Position numbers and translations under genes: made by a program
NCBI GenBank assembly: GCA_000999715.1
Contig: LCGL01000001.1
Span: 67,139-131,138, forward strand
Direction: 5' to 3'
Source of the DNA: Candidatus Falkowbacteria bacterium GW2011_GWF2_43_32
GTDB taxonomy: Bacteria > Patescibacteriota > Patescibacteriia > Patescibacteriales > UBA12465
Length of the DNA stretch: 64,000 nucleotides
In this document: one piece after another, positions 35,995 through 44,689 of the stretch
Layout of the letters: every line of letters begins with the position of its first letter
Position numbering within the stretch: position 1 is the first letter of the stretch
Notes under the pieces: model-generated
Told to the model about the DNA's origin: nothing
What the model saw: only the letters and a program-made list of their open reading frames with translations
Databases searched by the model: none

Positions 35995-38697
35995 TTAGAG
36001 ACTATACTTATGCTTCAATAACGCCACATCTTTCCCGTTATCTTTCTTTTTAAGGCCAGCCAATACCTTACTTTCAGTTTCTGGCGTCCAATATATTTTT
36101 AATTTTTCTCTTGCTCTAGTTATAGCAGTGTAAAATATATTATGTGTAATCATTTCCTCAATTTCATTTGTAACAACGATTTTAACTGAATCATACTCTA
36201 AGCCTTGTGCTTTATGAATTGAAACAGCATAAGCAATCTGAAATGGAACTATACTGGATCGATCATCATCGTCCTCATCGGTATTTTTTGACTGGTTAAC
36301 AAAAAACCTAATCACCGATTTATCTTTTTCAGTACTGTCTAAAAGTTGAAAATCATGACCCAATGCATCAAACTCATTTATAACTTTATTAATTTCAACA
36401 TCAAACTGAATTTTATCACTCAATTTATTTATTCCAAGTATTTTTCCTTTTAAATTATTATATACAACAGGAGAAAATCTATTCGATTCATTAAACAAAA
36501 CTGGATCGTTAACTTTATATGTTTGAACACCCCATCTGATGGATGGACTTGGGTTATTATTTTGTAAGAATCGATTAATATTATTTATTCCGTAAAGTCC
36601 GTCATAATTTAGACATAAAATTATCTCGTCTTCATTAGAATGATCAAAAATTGAATCGTCTAGTTTTGCAGAGTATTTATTTTTTGTTATATGCTCTAAA
36701 ATATCACCATCTATTCTTCTTACTCTGCCCCACAAATCTAATAATTTATCATTTTTAGTCCTATACGGTCTAGTTAACTCAGATACTGATGATTTTGGGA
36801 TAAAAGACTTAGCCATATTAAACCAATTTCCAAAAGATATGGATTCTATCTGAAAAACATCTCCAACTAAAACCAATATCTTAAAAGAGGCTTTTTCTAA
36901 AACCTTTCTCATGTCGGAATTACTTACAGTACTACACTCATCAATAATTAATAAATCAAATTCTGTGATATCCGTTTTCGATGACAGAAAGCTAGCGATT
37001 GTCTTAAAGGTACTATTAGAAATATTAATTTTTTCCGTTAGATTGTTAATTGCTGGGTTAGTGTTGGCTAAATATAATTTTTTAGCACTATCAAAGAAAT
37101 TAGATATATGTTTTATCATTGTAGATTTTCCAGTTCCGGCCGCACCATAAATAAGGGCAACTCGCGAATTTTCAAACATTTTTTTCAATATATCTTTTTT
37201 TTCTGGACAATCGATAGAATAAACTGCTGATTGCAACCATGCTTCTACTGAATTTGAATATTTTTTAAACCCACCAGAAGACATCTCTTTGAGTTTTTTA
37301 ATGATTTCATACGTGTCATCTTCATATTCCTTTATATAAATGCATTCTTTGTATGTTTCTAGTTTACGATTTCCGTGCTTATAATATAATAAACTATTAT
37401 ATTTAATTATGAGATCATCTATATTCGAATAAGTGGTTATATCTTTTTTTGGAGTATATAAATTACCGTCTATCTCCGTATTATTTTTTATAAATTTAGC
37501 AAATAATTCATATTCTCGATTATCTTGATCTATACAATCAAATAGATCCGAGGTCTTTGGATTATGATTAATTAAGGAGGCATAAAAAGGCATTTCATCG
37601 AAAGGCACACATTTCCAATCAAGATTTAAATCAGATAATTTTTTACACCCGCCAAATGTACACTGCTGTTTAATAATTTTATTATTTAAATTATGTAGTA
37701 AGTATCTGACTACATTCGATCCTTGTTTTTTGCCTTCTACTAGTTCACGACACTTATCTAAAACATCAAAAATATAAGATTTCTTTGACCCTTTTAATAC
37801 ATAATCTTTTACGCCCTTGTAGTAACCTTCTGGCAAATTAATAATTTCAACTAAATCATTATTAGTCTTTGTTAAAAAGTTCATTAAGTTTCCATACTCG
37901 GAAAGGCCTCTTTGAACCTTTGAATTATAGCCAAAAATGGCAGCAAAATTATTAAACTCACATGGACGGATAGACACACTCCAATCATCAATGATCTGGA
38001 TTGGCATGTTGTTATCTAAAATTTTTATGCTTTCGTCACCTATGGATAGATCGACTGCATAATTTGGCAAAATATCAAACTTTGTAAACGCAATAATCCT
38101 ATCAAATTTGCTAACTTTATCATTGGCTAGCGTCAAGGTGACCTCATAACGTATATCATGGTCAACAAAAAACGGCTTTATCTTTTGAACATAGTATCTA
38201 TCTCTATAAGATTCTTTATTCTTAGATAATTCTATTTGTTTTATCTTTTCGGTTATTTTTTCATAATACTCTTGCAATGTTTTATCAGTATTAATAGGAA
38301 ATTTATTGATGTTAGAAAGAACATCTAAACTATATGCGGTCTTTAAAAATTTCTTTATCCTAATTAAATATTCATAATACTTTAACATTAATCTCTCAGA
38401 CCTATCTTCGTCTAATGTGTAATGAGATGATGAGATTTGTAAAAGTTTATGAAACTTTGATAAAAACCCAAAATTACCTCTCGTTTTTACATAAGCCTCA
38501 GCTTTTCTGATATTCTCGAAATTATTTTCAATATCTTTACCGTTGCTATATATTTTTAAAAAAATATCCTCAACAAAATTTCTTAGTTGGGATAAAATAT
38601 TTTGTGACAACAATCCCCTGTCAGAAACACTTAGCTTGTCAATGTTTTTACAAATAGCAACATCAATATTTAAAATATCACTATCAATTTTATTCAT
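35995..38697 (-). CDS. SF1 (RecD/Pif1-like) helicase with a ~500-aa uncharacterised N-terminal extension
   Basis: 900 aa. Walker A YGAAGTGKST, Walker B LLIIDECS, VLVGDVFQ, and the C-terminal motif AYAVSIHKAQGLEYDSVKIV typical of RecD-like helicases. No motif recognised in the N-terminal half. Confidence 0.75.
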   Translation of the reverse strand: MNKIDSDILNIDVAICKNIDKLSVSDRGLLSQNILSQLRNFVEDIFLKIYSNGKDIENNFENIRKAEAYVKTRGNFGFLSKFHKLLQISSSHYTLDEDRSERLMLKYYEYLIRIKKFLKTAYSLDVLSNINKFPINTDKTLQEYYEKITEKIKQIELSKNKESYRDRYYVQKIKPFFVDHDIRYEVTLTLANDKVSKFDRIIAFTKFDILPNYAVDLSIGDESIKILDNNMPIQIIDDWSVSIRPCEFNNFAAIFGYNSKVQRGLSEYGNLMNFLTKTNNDLVEIINLPEGYYKGVKDYVLKGSKKSYIFDVLDKCRELVEGKKQGSNVVRYLLHNLNNKIIKQQCTFGGCKKLSDLNLDWKCVPFDEMPFYASLINHNPKTSDLFDCIDQDNREYELFAKFIKNNTEIDGNLYTPKKDITTYSNIDDLIIKYNSLLYYKHGNRKLETYKECIYIKEYEDDTYEIIKKLKEMSSGGFKKYSNSVEAWLQSAVYSIDCPEKKDILKKMFENSRVALIYGAAGTGKSTMIKHISNFFDSAKKLYLANTNPAINNLTEKINISNSTFKTIASFLSSKTDITEFDLLIIDECSTVSNSDMRKVLEKASFKILVLVGDVFQIESISFGNWFNMAKSFIPKSSVSELTRPYRTKNDKLLDLWGRVRRIDGDILEHITKNKYSAKLDDSIFDHSNEDEIILCLNYDGLYGINNINRFLQNNNPSPSIRWGVQTYKVNDPVLFNESNRFSPVVYNNLKGKILGINKLSDKIQFDVEINKVINEFDALGHDFQLLDSTEKDKSVIRFFVNQSKNTDEDDDDRSSIVPFQIAYAVSIHKAQGLEYDSVKIVVTNEIEEMITHNIFYTAITRAREKLKIYWTPETESKVLAGLKKKDNGKDVALLKHKYSL

Positions 38698-38709
38698 ATA
38701 TTCTAGGTT

Positions 38710-39390
38710 TTAGAAAATTTTAACCTCCCCTGTTTGATAATCCTTAGCAACATTATCAATTATTGCTTTATCTGTGATCTGAGATTTTTTGTCTAATGAG
38801 AATGCTTCTATAGATTTTAATGGCCTCCCTGCGTACTCCATAGTCTTATTAAGATAGCCAATGAACGATCCTGAATATCTATATCTTCTTATACAATCAT
38901 CAATACAAATATTTATTAAGTCATTATATCCTCGCCACCTATTTAGCTTATATCCTTCTATCCATTGGTTAATTAAAAATGGTATAAGTTGTTTTAGTTT
39001 TTGAATCGCAAACAAATTTCCTCTTTGGGCTAATCGTACCAAACTTATACTTATGCGATCGCAAATTTTTCTATCTTCTTGATCAATTTGCGATATAAAT
39101 GTATATAATTTCTCTTTGTAGGGATTAAGTACTAATATAACTTCGCTCGCATCGCTGTATTCATTTGATTGTTTCCTTTTTAATCCTTTCGACCACAACC
39201 TTTGAAATTGCCTGTCGAGATTAGCAGTAACTAAATCCCAATCTGGCTCACCGAATTCATTGGTGATATTATTTATTATGAATCGATATGATATATTACA
39301 TCGGTATTTAATCCAATTTGCGTTGAAAGACTTTGGTTGTTTTTTATCAAGGGAACGGTTAATGTTTCTAATTGCTTTTTCGAAATTCAT
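38710..39390 (-). CDS. hypothetical protein, possibly sigma-70 region-2-like
   Basis: 226 aa immediately upstream of the helicase (12-nt gap). The segment LAQRGNLFAIQKLKQLIPFLINQWIE...NDLINICIDDCIRRYRYSGSFIGYLNKTM loosely resembles sigma region 2. This is weak inference. Confidence 0.4.
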   Translation of the reverse strand: MNFEKAIRNINRSLDKKQPKSFNANWIKYRCNISYRFIINNITNEFGEPDWDLVTANLDRQFQRLWSKGLKRKQSNEYSDASEVILVLNPYKEKLYTFISQIDQEDRKICDRISISLVRLAQRGNLFAIQKLKQLIPFLINQWIEGYKLNRWRGYNDLINICIDDCIRRYRYSGSFIGYLNKTMEYAGRPLKSIEAFSLDKKSQITDKAIIDNVAKDYQTGEVKIF

Positions 39391-39527
39391 TAATTTTGTA
39401 CTTTCTTCTTATCAATTTCTTTTATTTTTTTATTTTTTATTTTTCGTATAATTTAAAATTGTTTTGAGAATTGCCCATCCTTTCCGTTGAGCAATTCTCA
39501 AGAACTTTAGACTAGGATTTAACCCTA

Positions 39528-39671
39528 TTACTTTCGATCAGTGTCGCCGCGTCCTGGTTTAGGGACTCTTTCAACTGTGGTCGTATTCGGCCTGCGACGA
39601 GCCTCGTCAACAGGAATAAACTCACCAGTTTTAGAATCTCTACCCAATAAAAATGACTTTGAATTGGACAT
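39528..39671 (-). CDS. unannotated small ORF (47 aa)
   Basis: ATG...TAA encoding MSNSKSFLLGRDSKTGEFIPVDEARRRPNTTTVERVPKPGRGDTDRK, which looks protein-like. Below the ORF-track size cut-off, and no clear RBS. Confidence 0.3.
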   Translation of the reverse strand: MSNSKSFLLGRDSKTGEFIPVDEARRRPNTTTVERVPKPGRGDTDRK

Positions 39672-39847
39672 AGTGGTCTAATGCTAAAATTTGAATGATC
39701 AGTGCAAATCATGTACAATACAAGTACTAAGTTATACTGTGCTGATTTTATTGAATACCGACCCAGAACCAAGGAAAAGGAATTCTAATTCAATGAACAC
39801 CTGAGTAAGCCACCAAATTTTGGTGGCTTATTTAGATTTTCAAATAA

Positions 39848-40063
39848 TTACTTCTTCTTTGTACGATTATAAGGCGACTGATTAACTGGTTTTAAACCAA
39901 CGCCGAGTTCAGAAGCTTTATTTTGTACACCACCAACTGGTCGACCAAGTTTAAAACCTATAACCCTGGTTGGCGTATTATCTTTCGCAAGCTGTTTGAG
40001 TTGTTTGATTTCTTCTGGCTTCCATTGCTTGCCAGCATTTCTTAGGTAATCTGGATTATTCAT
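39848..40063 (-). CDS. small DNA-binding-like protein (HTH/Myb-like pattern)
   Basis: 71 aa. The W..EE...L..L.....P...I...LGR....V..KA..LG pattern suggests a helix-turn-helix. Located directly downstream of the S24 repressor gene. Confidence 0.45.
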   Translation of the reverse strand: MNNPDYLRNAGKQWKPEEIKQLKQLAKDNTPTRVIGFKLGRPVGGVQNKASELGVGLKPVNQSPYNRTKKK

Positions 40064-40073
40064 ATTTTTAAAA

Positions 40074-40730
40074 TTAATTTTTTATAACATCGACGACCTT
40101 TCCATTAATAATAAATTGATCATCCTCGCCAATATAAATTGGCATATACTCGTGATCAGAATTAGCCTTAAGGATAATCCTGTTGTTCAATTTATCACGA
40201 TAAAATTCCTTTATAGTTGCTAGCCCATCGATAATCGCTAAAACTATTTCTCCATTGTTATAATTAGAAACCTCTCTATCAACCAAAACATAATCACCAC
40301 TTTCGATAGTTTTCCCGTTAACATCCGCCTGATTCATCGAATCTCCGTCGGCCTTAATAGCGAATAGACGATTTTTATTCCTTGGCAGAAGACTTGAAGA
40401 TATCTTTAAATAGTTTTCCACTTTCTGATCAGCATACGTAACGGCTGGTCCGCAATTAGCTGCTCCAACCACCGGAATAGCAAACAATGGGCTTTTACTA
40501 GAATGATTATATCCTTTCTTAACTAATTTTAAGATATTTTGTTCAAGATTTACCTGTATAAGCCCAGCTTTTTCCAACTGCTGAAGATGATATTTAGCAA
40601 TTTGAGGCTTCCCCTTAACTCCTAATAATTCGGCTATTTTTCTAAGACTCATTGACCCTATTTCAGGGGTAGAGGCAATAAGGTTTAATAATTGAGTTTG
40701 TAGTATGTTCATATGCTCTAATAATAGCAC
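40074..40730 (-). CDS. LexA/CI-like S24 peptidase-family repressor
   Basis: 218 aa with an N-terminal winged-helix (SLRKIAELLGV...YHLQQLEKAGLI) and a C-terminal S24 domain with GDSM (Ser nucleophile) and a downstream Lys (ATIKEF). Confidence 0.8.
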   Translation of the reverse strand: MLLLEHMNILQTQLLNLIASTPEIGSMSLRKIAELLGVKGKPQIAKYHLQQLEKAGLIQVNLEQNILKLVKKGYNHSSKSPLFAIPVVGAANCGPAVTYADQKVENYLKISSSLLPRNKNRLFAIKADGDSMNQADVNGKTIESGDYVLVDREVSNYNNGEIVLAIIDGLATIKEFYRDKLNNRIILKANSDHEYMPIYIGEDDQFIINGKVVDVIKN

Positions 40731-40756
40731 ACTATAGATTGTTTTGCAAGTCTTGT

Positions 40757-40795
40757 TGTCAAACTATTTGACATTTTACACTGAGGTGCTATAAT
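40757..40795 (+). promoter_or_regulatory. early promoter with overlapping operator-like palindrome (genetic-switch region)
   Basis: TTGACA-16 nt-TATAAT on the plus strand. The -35 lies inside the palindrome TGTCAAA-cta-TTTGACA (40757-40773), between the divergent repressor gene and the rightward genes. Confidence 0.5.
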
Positions 40796-40818
40796 GAATT
40801 TGTAAGTCAATAATTTAT

Positions 40819-41217
40819 ATGGATTATCAACTACAACTTAAGTCTTTTGAAGGAGAATTAGGGTTTAAACACAAAATCCTACAAATAACAGATATAACCC
40901 TTCACTCCTCTGATAGACAACCAACAAAATCAATTGGCAAAAAAATACGACAAGCATTTTCCCAGAAAAAGCCAGGCAGATTTTATGGATTTAAGATTCA
41001 AGAACCAACAGGAAAACAAAACTCCGTTGAAGCCGTCATGGAACTTGTTAAAAAAGACCCTGAATTAATGAAGGTGATTCAAGAAGAAGAAAAAAATGGC
41101 TACAGGATATTCATAGGCCTGCCTAAAGATGGTGTGCCTATACTACTAGGAGAAGACGCTAAAGAATTTATAAATAGTAAAAATGGCCAAAGAGTAATTA
41201 GAGGAATTAATCATTAA
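40819..41217 (+). CDS. hypothetical protein
   Basis: 132-aa ORF, first gene of the rightward transcription unit. No motifs recognised. Confidence 0.5.
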   Translation: MDYQLQLKSFEGELGFKHKILQITDITLHSSDRQPTKSIGKKIRQAFSQKKPGRFYGFKIQEPTGKQNSVEAVMELVKKDPELMKVIQEEEKNGYRIFIGLPKDGVPILLGEDAKEFINSKNGQRVIRGINH

Positions 41218-41415
41218 GCGGAAGTTTAATATAAAAACAATTTAATAAATGCGTAGTAAAAAGTAGAATAGAGTATCGCCTAAAAAACCATGCCTATTCC
41301 GCGCAAGAAATAGCTTTAAGATTTAATATCTTTGTCTGTTTCGTGTGTGGAATAGGCTTTTTGTTTGTCCATACATTAATTTATTAAATTACTTAATAAA
41401 TTAACGAATAATACT

Positions 41416-42690
41416 ATGGAGAAACTCCAATGGCACACAGTGCAAAAAAGAGTTAATGATCTTGTCCCTCAAGATGTTAACCCTAGAAAGATCAACGACA
41501 AACAAATGTCGGATCTAAAGAAAAGTTTGGCTAAATTCAATTTAGTTGAAATTCCCGCAATAGATTTTGATGAGAAAATCTTGGCTGGCCATCAAAGAAT
41601 AAAGGCCCTTCAGCTCCTTGGTCGAGGAGAGGAATTAATTGACGTTAGAATCCCTAATCGAAAGTTAACCGAAGACGAGGCTAAAAGATATCTTATTTCC
41701 AGTAACGCTTTAGGCGGTGACTGGGATTTTGAGAAGTTAAAGACGTTTGATTTAGACTTGTTAGTTGATATTGGTTTTGACCAAGTCGATTTATCTCATT
41801 TCTGGGACAAAGATTTAGAAGTAAAAGAGGAAGACTTTGACGTTGAGGAAGAACTTAAAAAAATTAAAACAGTAAAAACAAAGCCAGGCGATTTAATTTT
41901 TCTGGGTTCACATAGATTATTATGCGGGAGTTCGACTGACCCCGATAATCTTAGACGACTATTCGGCGAAGACAAAGCCTCAATGATTTATAGCGACCCA
42001 CCCTATAATATAAAGCTCGATTATTCCAAAGGTATCGGCGGAAAAAATGACTACGGCGGAAATGTCCAAGATAATAGAACTTACGAGGAATATAAAAAGT
42101 TTGTTAAAGACACGATGATTACCGCTCTTACAGTTACTAAGCCAGACTGTCACGTATTTTATTGGTGCGATCAAACCTATATTGGCCTTATACAAGAAAT
42201 ATATCGTGAGCTTGGTTTAATTAATAAACGGGTTTGTCTGTGGCTTAAGAATTCGCAAAACCCTACCCCTAAAATTGCCTTTAATAAGTGCTATGAACCA
42301 GCGGTTTATAGTGTTAAAGGTAAACCATATCTTAATCAAGCTATTCAGAACTACAACGAGGTCTTAAATAGGGAGTTAGGAACTGGAAACAGCCTATTTG
42401 AAGAAGTATTTGACCAGCTTGATATATGGCTTGTTAAACGCCTATCAGGGCAAAAATATGAACACGCCACCAGTAAACCACCCAAACTTCACGAGAAGGC
42501 CATACGTCGTTGCACTAAGCCAGGTGATATTATCCTTGATTCATTCTCTGGCTCAGCTAGCACTATGATTGCAGGAGAACAATTAAAGAGAAAAGTTTAT
42601 GCGATGGAGCTAGAGCCAATTTTCTGTGACTTGGCCATTAAAAGATACTACAAATTAACTGGTAGAAAGGAGAGGGTGGAACATGTCTAA
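41416..42690 (+). CDS. ParB-like nuclease domain fused to a DNA methyltransferase (beta-class N6A/N4C)
   Basis: 424 aa. N-terminal ParB/Srx-like region (NPRKI...ILAGHQRIKA), MTase motif IV SDPPYN, then motif I ILDSFSGSAST. This fusion is common in phages. Confidence 0.85.
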   Translation: MEKLQWHTVQKRVNDLVPQDVNPRKINDKQMSDLKKSLAKFNLVEIPAIDFDEKILAGHQRIKALQLLGRGEELIDVRIPNRKLTEDEAKRYLISSNALGGDWDFEKLKTFDLDLLVDIGFDQVDLSHFWDKDLEVKEEDFDVEEELKKIKTVKTKPGDLIFLGSHRLLCGSSTDPDNLRRLFGEDKASMIYSDPPYNIKLDYSKGIGGKNDYGGNVQDNRTYEEYKKFVKDTMITALTVTKPDCHVFYWCDQTYIGLIQEIYRELGLINKRVCLWLKNSQNPTPKIAFNKCYEPAVYSVKGKPYLNQAIQNYNEVLNRELGTGNSLFEEVFDQLDIWLVKRLSGQKYEHATSKPPKLHEKAIRRCTKPGDIILDSFSGSASTMIAGEQLKRKVYAMELEPIFCDLAIKRYYKLTGRKERVEHV

Positions 42691-43174
42691 AAAAAATAAA
42701 ATCCAAAATGTATTTTTGGAAGAACTAAAAAGAATTCCGATTGTGTTAGTGGCTTGTGAAAAATCAGGCCTATCTCGCAACAGTGTTTATCGCTGGAAAA
42801 AAGATGACAAAATTTTTTCAAAAGCGATGGACGAAGCTTTGGCTGAGGGCGAAGCGCTGGTTAATGATATGAGCGAAAGCCAACTACTAACTCTTATCAA
42901 AGAAAAGAATTGGCAAGCGATGAGCTTTTGGCTTAGACATCGTAATCCGCGATTTAGAGATAAGATTGAAGTTACTTCTAAAATAGAAGATTCGGAAGAA
43001 CTTACACCCTCACAAGCAGAAGTTGTCCGCCAAGCCTTAAAACTGGCCAGAATATTGCCAGTTGATGATCAATTAATTAATAACAAAAATAAATATGATA
43101 GAAAACAAAATGATTCCACAAGACTTAGTGGAACAAATGACCAAGGACAAGAAAGTAAGGACGGCGATAACTAA
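42683..43174 (+). CDS. terminase small subunit (probable)
   Basis: 163 aa with an N-terminal HTH (GLSRNSVYRWKKDD). Immediately upstream of and overlapping the large terminase gene. Confidence 0.5.
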   Translation: MSKKNKIQNVFLEELKRIPIVLVACEKSGLSRNSVYRWKKDDKIFSKAMDEALAEGEALVNDMSESQLLTLIKEKNWQAMSFWLRHRNPRFRDKIEVTSKIEDSEELTPSQAEVVRQALKLARILPVDDQLINNKNKYDRKQNDSTRLSGTNDQGQESKDGDN

Positions 43175-44564
43175 AGAAAGTTTTTCTTATTTCTTCCATT
43201 TCTACTACGCTCATTACGTTAAATATGCGACCGCTGATTTTCAAAAAGAGATAATTGGTTTAATCGAAAAAAGCGACAAAGATAGTTTATTTGTAGTTGC
43301 GTTTCGAGGTTCGGGAAAATCAACTATCGTAACGGCCGCTTATCCGATTTGGGCTATCTTAGGCAAACAAGAAAAAAAGTTTGTTGTTATTTTCTGCCAA
43401 ACCCAAGCGCAAGCTAAACAACACATGATGAATTTACGCCGTGAGCTTGAAGATAATGAATTACTGAAAAAAGACCTCGGCCCCTTTAGAGAAAACAGTG
43501 ACGAATGGGGTGCACAGTCAATTGTATTTTCCAATACGGACGCACGTATTACCGTCGCTTCAGTCGATCAAAGTATTCGTGGTATTAGGCACTATCAGTA
43601 TCGCCCAGACTTAGTTATCTGTGATGATGTTGAAGATATAAGTTCCACTAAAACTAGGGATAGCAGAAACAAAACATATCAATGGCTAAAAAGTGAAGTA
43701 ATACCTGCTGGGGATAGAAATACCAGATTAATAATAGTCGGAAATTTACTTCATGAAGATTCTCTGCTAATGCGACTTAAAGAAGAAAATGAAAAAGATA
43801 TCATTGATGGTAAATTTCTATATTTTCCATTGGTCGACAAAAAAGGAAAATGTCTTTGGCCAGGAAAATATCCAACTCAAAGTGACGTCGATAAAGAAAG
43901 AAAAAATGTCGGTAGTGAAATTACTTGGCAACAAGAATACCTACTTAATATTGTGCCGTCAGAAGATCAAGCTATATTTAAAGAGTGGATAAATTATTAT
44001 GACGAAATACCTGCTCGTCTAAAATTATATGGCGGTTACTCTTCTCACCTGGAAGTAAGAATTGGAATTGACCCAGCTATTTCTAAGAGTGATGTCGCCG
44101 ATTATACGGCTATGGTTCCTGGATTACTATACGAAACGCATACTGGGTATCGGCTCTATATTCTGCCTAAAATAATAAACAAGCGCTTGAGTTTTCCTGA
44201 AACTGTTGATACTTGCAAAACATTATATCAGAGCTACAAAAAAGATTATGAATACCCAAAGTTTGTTATCGAAGATGTGGCTTATCAAAAAGCCCTGCCC
44301 CAGCAACTACAAGCTGAAGGTATTCCTAATGTCATGACTACTAGACCTGGAAATCAAGATAAAAGAAGCAGGCTTGTAATACTGGCTAACATGATTAAAA
44401 CAGGACAGATCCTATTTCCTAGAGAAGGAGCCGAAGAACTAATCCAGCAAATAGTCCACTTTGGAGTGGAAAAGCATGATGATTTAGTTGATGCTTTCGC
44501 TAATTTAGCTCATAACATGCTTGAAAAACCACCCCGAACAGCCAGGTTCTATGTTATTGGTTAG
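43095..44564 (+). CDS. terminase large subunit
   Basis: 489 aa. Walker A FRGSGKST, Walker B DLVICDDVED, and a C-terminal RNase-H-like nuclease region with acidic residues (GIDPA..., HDDLVDA). The exact start is uncertain because it overlaps TerS. Confidence 0.85.
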   Translation: MIENKMIPQDLVEQMTKDKKVRTAITKESFSYFFHFYYAHYVKYATADFQKEIIGLIEKSDKDSLFVVAFRGSGKSTIVTAAYPIWAILGKQEKKFVVIFCQTQAQAKQHMMNLRRELEDNELLKKDLGPFRENSDEWGAQSIVFSNTDARITVASVDQSIRGIRHYQYRPDLVICDDVEDISSTKTRDSRNKTYQWLKSEVIPAGDRNTRLIIVGNLLHEDSLLMRLKEENEKDIIDGKFLYFPLVDKKGKCLWPGKYPTQSDVDKERKNVGSEITWQQEYLLNIVPSEDQAIFKEWINYYDEIPARLKLYGGYSSHLEVRIGIDPAISKSDVADYTAMVPGLLYETHTGYRLYILPKIINKRLSFPETVDTCKTLYQSYKKDYEYPKFVIEDVAYQKALPQQLQAEGIPNVMTTRPGNQDKRSRLVILANMIKTGQILFPREGAEELIQQIVHFGVEKHDDLVDAFANLAHNMLEKPPRTARFYVIG

Positions 44565-44689
44565 CAGTATTTCCTTTAATATTAAAGGAAAAGTTATCGA
44601 CAAGTTGCCAACAGCTAGCTGCTTAGCAAAAGCTTAAAAGTGTGTCATTAATGGAGGTATAGATTTAACTAATAATTAACTATAATCAT

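Noticed and set aside
39512-39772. 86-aa ORF from the ORF track in the 39.4-39.85-kb gap.
   Set aside because: The sequence looks like random translation of AT-rich DNA. A different frame yields a more protein-like 47-aa ORF, reported at low confidence.
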